Positions 59,540 through 64,000 of a DNA stretch of 64,000 bases are shown here, in pieces. The stretch comes from a virus. Numbering within the stretch: position 1 is the stretch's first letter; every line of letters begins with the position of its first letter. The notes under the pieces were generated by a model that saw only the letters and a program-made list of their open reading frames with translations, searched no databases and had not been told where the DNA came from. The DNA is taken from positions 4,225 through 68,224 of IMG/VR virus record IMGVR_UViG_3300020205_002287, one strand, 5' to 3'. A program made the translations under genes and the position numbers.

Positions 59540-59702
59540 TTAAATCAATCCATTCGGTACTGTAGGAACTATCTGAATAGAACCTTTGTATGGTAGCACT
59601 TTTGCAATACGAACAATAATCATCACGAACTAAACAGTCACTTTTGAAATCATAATGTTCACTAACTGTTTCAGTTTTCTTGTCACATCTAGGACAATTC
59701 AT
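59532..59702 (-). CDS. Small zinc-ribbon protein (56 aa), not in the ORF track
   Basis: Hand translation MNCPRCDKKTETVSEHYDFKSDCLVRDDYCSYCKSATIQRFYSDSSYSTEWIDLNV*; two CxxC pairs; fills the gap and overlaps both neighbours. Confidence 0.75.
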   Translation of the reverse strand: MNCPRCDKKTETVSEHYDFKSDCLVRDDYCSYCKSATIQRFYSDSSYSTEWIDLNV

Positions 59703-60102
59703 CCAAGGCTTTCATTAAACCTTTTTGCAGTTTACCTGCGAGGTCTGCGTTCTGTGCCGCGTTAAAGAAGATTCCAATTTCTCTAATTTCATCAGAGTTT
59801 AAATACGAAGATAACTTATATCTTGCGCCTTTGCATATTTCACAATAAGTTTCTGGAACTTCATTGTAACAAATGCACTCTTCTATGATATCAAAGAATT
59901 CTAAGGATTGAGCTATTTCAAACCATTTGTTTTTAAACAACTTTTTAGTTTGCTCTTTATAAGCTCTAAGCTTATGAGGATCATTTGACAGAAGTGTTCC
60001 CATATCAAGAGAATGTTTCATAAGGTCATTGATACCTTTATATAAAAAATTAGCTAACTGAAAATCACCATTAACATCTGTAAACTTTTTCCAATCATTC
60101 AT
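59689..60102 (-). CDS. Hypothetical protein with CxC...CxxCxG zinc-binding motif (137 aa)
   Basis: EECIC......YCEICKGARY. Confidence 0.75.
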   Translation of the reverse strand: MNDWKKFTDVNGDFQLANFLYKGINDLMKHSLDMGTLLSNDPHKLRAYKEQTKKLFKNKWFEIAQSLEFFDIIEECICYNEVPETYCEICKGARYKLSSYLNSDEIREIGIFFNAAQNADLAGKLQKGLMKALDELS

Positions 60103-60126
60103 GACATACTACATCTTTCTTATTAA

Positions 60127-60405
60127 TTAAACGTATCTTCCAGATCCTTTAGCTGTTGGTTGAGGGTTCATAGGTTCAGGCTTTCTTCTTGAGGCCATAC
60201 CAAGTCCACCAACTGCAGCCATTCCTGCACCCGCTCTAAGTCCTAATTGCGTTTGTCTCATTCTGATGATTTGATTATGATCAAACCCCATGTTCGCACC
60301 TTTAGCTCGCAATTTTTCTGCGTTCTTTGCGCCAGACTTTAAATATGACGCAGCTCTTCCAGAATCCATTCTTAAAGCTTTTCCTATTGTGTTCTTATAT
60401 CCCAT
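60127..60405 (-). CDS. Small basic Gly/Ala-rich protein (92 aa)
   Basis: GGGAG SD; start overlaps the upstream stop; hydrophobic Gly-rich helix, then a KGSGRYV tail. Confidence 0.75.
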   Translation of the reverse strand: MGYKNTIGKALRMDSGRAASYLKSGAKNAEKLRAKGANMGFDHNQIIRMRQTQLGLRAGAGMAAVGGLGMASRRKPEPMNPQPTAKGSGRYV

Positions 60406-60728
60406 TATGCGAATCTCCCTACGCCTCTACCTGTTTGCATTGGTCCACGATAGGCTGTTCTAGATTGATTTGAATTGGGTCTGGCTGCAGTCATTGATCC
60501 AGCACCAAGAACTCCCATTCCTATTAAAGTTGGCTTTCTACCTGCTTTGACATGAACTTGATTACGAGCGGCAATTCCCGCCTTCATTCTTCCTGTCGAG
60601 GTACCCCTCATACCTATGGGCATTCCCGCTGGATTTGAGGCTGCTTTATATGCTGCTTTTCCAGCTGCTTTTCCCTTAGGAAGGATGCCTCCCACTGTCC
60701 CGTATAATGCCTTCATTGCTGACCTCAT
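60405..60728 (-). CDS. Small basic Gly/Ala-rich protein (107 aa)
   Basis: GGGAG SD; no acidic residues; hydrophobic helix, then a GRGVGRFA tail. Confidence 0.75.
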   Translation of the reverse strand: MRSAMKALYGTVGGILPKGKAAGKAAYKAASNPAGMPIGMRGTSTGRMKAGIAARNQVHVKAGRKPTLIGMGVLGAGSMTAARPNSNQSRTAYRGPMQTGRGVGRFA

Positions 60729-60730
60729 AA

Positions 60731-61033
60731 TTATCTCCCGTACATTCCGGTAGGTCTGCCACCTGCAAATTTATCTACACCACGACCTCTTCGACCACTC
60801 AAGCCATACGCTCCAACGCTAGCAGCCCCTAGGCCAATAGCTGCTGACTTTCCAGGATTATTTACTATCCGTTGTGCCGTTTTATTATTCTTAGCAAAAC
60901 CCCTAACGGCAGATGAACTACCAGTAGCTGCGCGTGTAGCATTTGCAGCAGATGTAGCTTTTGATCTTCCAGCATTCATACCCTGTTTCATAAAGCCTGT
61001 AAGCCTAGCTCCCATTGTAAGTTTATTTGCCAT
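60731..61033 (-). CDS. Small basic Gly/Ala-rich protein (100 aa)
   Basis: AGGAG SD; one acidic residue; hydrophobic helix, then a GRPTGMYGR tail. Confidence 0.75.
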   Translation of the reverse strand: MANKLTMGARLTGFMKQGMNAGRSKATSAANATRAATGSSSAVRGFAKNNKTAQRIVNNPGKSAAIGLGAASVGAYGLSGRRGRGVDKFAGGRPTGMYGR

Positions 61034-61048
61034 TGTTAATTTCTCCTG

Positions 61049-62467
61049 TTAGGATAATTGAGATCGTATTCTTTTTATTGGTTTTTGTATATCAAAAGTA
61101 AAGCTTTTATTGACATAGTCGATATGGAATATAGTACCTTTAGGTACGTTACTATGCACAATTGTTTTTGCTAAAGGTGTTTCTATGACATCTCTTCTTA
61201 CTTGGGCTATACCACGAGCACCTTTGATACTGTCAATTCCACGTTCAATGAGACCATCAATAACATTATCAGTATAGGAAACCGAAATGCCTTTTTTGGA
61301 AAGCTTATCTGCAATTACTGACATTTCTAACTCAGCTATCTTTTCGCAATCTTGTCGATTCAAGTGATTGAAGACAACTATTTTATCTATTCTATTAATA
61401 AATTCTGGTCTAAAATATTTATCAATTGCCTGATGGGTATTTCTTTCCACAATAGATCGAACAGGTATTTCTGAAGTCTGACGATCAAAAACAATGCTTC
61501 TAGCAAATCCTGTTCCAGTGGAAATTAAATTCTCAACTGTTTTTTCATTACCTAGGTTGGTAGTCATAATAATAATTGTATTTCTAAAGTTTACCATTTC
61601 ACCTTTATTATCTGTCACTATTCCCTCATCAAATATCCTTAAGAAGGTGTTCCAAATATCTTGATGTGCTTTTTCAACTTCATCTATCAAAACAACAGAA
61701 TAAGGATTCTTTTTAACTTGATTAGTCAGCTGCCCACCTTCATCATGGCCTATGTACCCTGGAGGGGAACCTAGTAGCTTTTGATTCTCATGCTTATGTT
61801 GGAATTCTCCACAGTCCATTCTCACTATTTGAGATCCACTACCAAACATATAAGAATTCAGCATGTTTGCTAAGTGTGTTTTGCCAACGCCGGAAGAACC
61901 CGCAAATAAGAATACTCCTAATGGTCTATTTGAGTCATGTAAATCTGCCTGTGATCTAAATAAAGCTGAAACTATTTCCTCTATTGCTTGGTCTTGACCA
62001 ATTACGTTTGACTTTAAAAATCCTTCTAATCCTAAAAACTTTTCTTTAGCAATCTTTTTATTCTTAGGAACAATCTCTTTGACTGTTTTTCTTTTAATAT
62101 TCTTCTGGGCTTCTTGTAAAAACTTCTTTACTTCATTAAGATCATAATCTTCGTCGTCAGGAGAAATCTCCACAGGAGCAGTCGAGTAGGCAATGCTTAC
62201 CCAGTAATCAATATCCAAACCGGGGTTAAGCATAACACATCCAGCATAGATAGCTTCCAGTGCGCGTTCTGCCGCTGTACGAGACATAACAGCCAAAGAT
62301 GCCGAAACATCCGTACTTAAATTAAAAACTACGTACTGTAGAACTTGTCTACGAAGATCTTTACTTTTCTTATGCTTGACAACAAATGCTTCTACATCTT
62401 CCGTCGGAATAATTTTAAATTTTACGTTAGCGTTTAACTCGGGTACAAAAATCTGGTATATCTGCAT
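61049..62467 (-). CDS. Clp/Hsp100-family AAA+ ATPase with a single (D2-type) ATPase module
   Basis: VIGQDQAI, RPLGVFLFAGSSGVGKT (Walker A), LLGSPPGYIG (pore loop), VVLIDEVEKAH (Walker B), IIMTTN, FRPEFINRID, GARG. Start probably ATG 62467 (MQIYQ). Confidence 0.92.
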   Translation of the reverse strand: MQIYQIFVPELNANVKFKIIPTEDVEAFVVKHKKSKDLRRQVLQYVVFNLSTDVSASLAVMSRTAAERALEAIYAGCVMLNPGLDIDYWVSIAYSTAPVEISPDDEDYDLNEVKKFLQEAQKNIKRKTVKEIVPKNKKIAKEKFLGLEGFLKSNVIGQDQAIEEIVSALFRSQADLHDSNRPLGVFLFAGSSGVGKTHLANMLNSYMFGSGSQIVRMDCGEFQHKHENQKLLGSPPGYIGHDEGGQLTNQVKKNPYSVVLIDEVEKAHQDIWNTFLRIFDEGIVTDNKGEMVNFRNTIIIMTTNLGNEKTVENLISTGTGFARSIVFDRQTSEIPVRSIVERNTHQAIDKYFRPEFINRIDKIVVFNHLNRQDCEKIAELEMSVIADKLSKKGISVSYTDNVIDGLIERGIDSIKGARGIAQVRRDVIETPLAKTIVHSNVPKGTIFHIDYVNKSFTFDIQKPIKRIRSQLS

Positions 62468-62492
62468 TATCGACTTCTCTCTTGTTTTTTGC

Positions 62493-62599
62493 ACATATAA
62501 GTATATAGGATAATATTATTATATATTAACATATAAGAATATATTATTATATGTTAACATATAAGTATATAGTAAAGGGGGGAAGGGGGGAAGGGGGGG
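62493..62599. repeat. AT-rich direct repeats with an 18-bp palindrome, followed by a G6-AA-G6-AA-G7 tract
   Basis: ACATATAAG at 62493, 62529 and 62557; 25-mer ATATTATTATAT(A/G)TTAACATATAAG at 62513 and 62541; perfect palindrome TTATATGTTAACATATAA at 62547..62564; G-runs at 62577..62599. Confidence 0.85.
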
Positions 62600-62607
62600 T
62601 TATGGCT

Positions 62608-62637
62608 AGCTTATCATATGAAAGCAAGTCGTGTCTA
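62608..62637 (-). promoter_or_regulatory. Sigma70/SigA-type promoter candidate (TAGACA-18-TAAGCT, extended -10 TG)
   Basis: Minus strand TAGACA CGACTTGCTTTCATATGA TAAGCT, pointing into the repeat region and the ATPase gene. Confidence 0.45.
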
Positions 62638-62640
62638 GCT

Positions 62641-62802
62641 TCAACCATTTTTCTTATAATCTTCTATGCTAGGATGATCTTCTATGCAAGGGCCCGCAAA
62701 AGACCAGTATTTAATTAAATCAATAGGTCTATTGAATCTTTTATTTAATAAATACAACGCCAATTGTAATTCTTCTTTTTGTTGCTCTTGCGACTTGCTC
62801 AT
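62641..62802 (-). CDS. Small hypothetical protein (53 aa), not in the ORF track
   Basis: AAGGAG SD; hand translation MSKSQEQQKEELQLALYLLNKRFNRPIDLIKYWSFAGPCIEDHPSIEDYKKNG*. Confidence 0.7.
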   Translation of the reverse strand: MSKSQEQQKEELQLALYLLNKRFNRPIDLIKYWSFAGPCIEDHPSIEDYKKNG

Positions 62803-62823
62803 TCAATCTCCTTAAGATATAAT
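62795..62823 (+). promoter_or_regulatory. Sigma70/SigA-type promoter (TTGCTC-17-TATAAT) for the plus-strand genes including recA
   Basis: TTGCTC at 62795-62800, 17-nt spacer, TATAAT at 62818-62823. Confidence 0.65.
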
Positions 62824-62833
62824 ATACATATCA

Positions 62834-62842
62834 ATTATACCA
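62834..62842 (-). promoter_or_regulatory. Extended -10 promoter (TGgTATAAT) for the 53-aa minus-strand gene
   Basis: Perfect TGnTATAAT about 30 nt upstream of ATG 62802, overlapping face-to-face with the plus-strand promoter. Confidence 0.55.
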
Positions 62843-62863
62843 TTATTGAAAGGTTATTACCAG

Positions 62864-63163
62864 GTGGAATATCCCCAGCGTAACGAAACAAATTCTACAT
62901 TTAGACAACACGCGGAAGACATAGATATGCGTGATGTGACTCGTGCATTAACAGCCTTGCGCGAGAATACAATATCAATGCTCGATACAATCGAAAAAGA
63001 TTTTTATGATTTTCATTCTACGGACGTAAAAGTAATCAAATTTGTTGAAAAAGAAATTATGGACAAAATTCTTCAGTTCAAGCAAGATGTCAAGAAAATT
63101 GTTGTATACTCTAAGAACATGCACAATATTCATGAGGTACAAGGGAGATTATTCTATGACTGA
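62864..63163 (+). CDS. Hypothetical helical protein (~99 aa)
   Basis: Likely GTG start at 62864 with GAAAGG SD; stop overlaps the recA start region. Confidence 0.7.
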   Translation: MEYPQRNETNSTFRQHAEDIDMRDVTRALTALRENTISMLDTIEKDFYDFHSTDVKVIKFVEKEIMDKILQFKQDVKKIVVYSKNMHNIHEVQGRLFYD

Positions 63164-64000
63164 AGAATTCGATATGGAGACTGGCGAGATTCTCATTCCC
63201 GCATCTAAAAAAGGTATTGAAAAAGAAGATTCAAAAATACTAGAACTTGCAATCGCACAATTGCAGAGACAGTACGGAGTTGGCGCAGTTGTAAGACTCG
63301 GCTCAACAAATATAAAACCATGGGACTCAATCTCCACTGGAGCACTTACTTTAGACAGTGCACTTGGAATTGGTGGTTTCCCGCGCGGGCGCGTAGTAGA
63401 AATCTATGGACCTGAGTCATCAGGTAAGTCTACTCTCGCTCTAGCAACAGTGGCCAAGGCCCAGCAGATGGGCCTCACGTGCGCCTACATCGACGCTGAG
63501 CATGCTTTAGACCCAGTTTACATGCAAGCTGTAGGAATCGACCTAGACAACCTACTACTAGCTCAACCTGATTATGGCGAGCAGGGTTTTGACATTGCTG
63601 ACAGACTCCTGCGCACAGGTGAAATTGGCGTTATTGTTATTGACTCAGTAGCAGCATTGGTTCCTAAGGCTGAGCTTGATGGCGAAATGGAACAGGCTCA
63701 CATGGGCTTGCAGGCGCGCATGATGGCCAAGGCTATGCGTAAGCTTACTGGACTCGCTGCCCAGCATAACACTCTTATTATATTCATTAACCAGCTGCGC
63801 AATAAAATTGGAGTTATGTTTGGTAATCCAGAGACAACTCCTGGCGGTATGTCATTGAAGTTCTATGCTTCAGTCCGAATTGACGTCCGCAAAAAAGAAG
63901 ATCTTAAGGACAAGGCCGGAAATCCAATTGGCGTCAAAGTCAAAGCTAAGGTTATTAAGAATAAGATGGCACCCCCAATGAAAATCGTAGAGTTCGATAT
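63156..64000 (+). CDS. recA: RecA recombinase (3'-truncated by window edge; not in the ORF track)
   Basis: AGGGAG SD then ATG 63156. Translation includes ISTGALTLDSALGIGGFPRGRVVEIYGPESSGKST, YIDAEHALDP, VIDSVAALVPKAE and FINQLRNKIGVMFGNPETTPGG..LKFYASVR. Confidence 0.98.
   Translation, partial: MTEEFDMETGEILIPASKKGIEKEDSKILELAIAQLQRQYGVGAVVRLGSTNIKPWDSISTGALTLDSALGIGGFPRGRVVEIYGPESSGKSTLALATVAKAQQMGLTCAYIDAEHALDPVYMQAVGIDLDNLLLAQPDYGEQGFDIADRLLRTGEIGVIVIDSVAALVPKAELDGEMEQAHMGLQARMMAKAMRKLTGLAAQHNTLIIFINQLRNKIGVMFGNPETTPGGMSLKFYASVRIDVRKKEDLKDKAGNPIGVKVKAKVIKNKMAPPMKIVEFD

Larger units (their letters stand above)
1..64000. mobile_element. Segment of a large tailed dsDNA bacteriophage genome (morphogenesis module plus start of a recombination/replication module)
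   Basis: Contiguous terminase, portal, prohead protease, major capsid, sheath, tube and baseplate genes, densely packed on one strand. No host housekeeping operons, integrase or att sites seen. Confidence 0.96.

Noticed and set aside
860-59543. Many plus-strand ORFs of 60-248 aa (e.g. 32723..33469, 18979..19392, 54546..54929) and short alternative-frame minus-strand ORFs
   Set aside because: Antisense or out-of-frame shadows of long, motif-supported minus-strand genes, with no recognisable domains.
62493-62575. Possible mini CRISPR array
   Set aside because: Only two or three short AT-rich copies with no unique spacers of regular length, and no cas genes.
63149-63337. 62-aa minus-strand ORF
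   Set aside because: Antisense to the unambiguous recA reading frame.
1-64000. tRNA/rRNA genes, integrase/att sites, reverse transcriptase/DGR or defence islands
   Set aside because: Intergenic gaps are short and explained by promoters and terminators; no cloverleaf, RT or integrase motifs found by eye.

Overview
The whole window is part of a large, AT-rich tailed dsDNA phage genome, probably with a contractile tail. Bases 1-62,800 are a nearly gap-free minus-strand morphogenesis region. In transcription order (right to left) it holds: a Clp/Hsp100-type AAA+ ATPase, three small basic proteins, two zinc-finger proteins, a probable small terminase, a DEDDh-exonuclease-domain protein, a glycine-zipper protein, a basic protein, the large terminase, a variable tail-tip/receptor-binding block, portal, a glycosyltransferase, prohead protease/scaffold, capsid cement, major capsid protein, decoration/fibre proteins, neck proteins, two sheath paralogues, three tube-fold paralogues, two tail-chaperone paralogues, a 2212-aa tape-measure candidate, a 1637-aa protein and a >3600-aa baseplate-hub protein. 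That last gene runs off the left edge and is missing from the ORF track. An AT-rich repeat/palindrome/G-tract region and divergent sigma70-type promoters at about 62.5-62.85 kb mark a strand switch, followed by a hypothetical gene and recA (truncated at the right edge). Main observations: (1) the 1637-aa protein carries the ordered motifs of single-chain two-barrel (QDE-1/YonO-like) RNA polymerases, but with a variant GGFDLDD catalytic loop followed by RxP, so it is a candidate virion-packaged RNAP; (2) the head module contains a glycosyltransferase, and an Ala-Thr-Pro tripeptide recurs in outer virion proteins, suggesting a virion glycosylation system; (3) nuclease domains (thermonuclease, DEDDh) are fused into probable virion proteins; (4) a phage-specific TTACTAT promoter-like motif precedes several structural operons. 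All family calls are from motif recognition by eye; no database searches were run. The host cannot be determined from this window.
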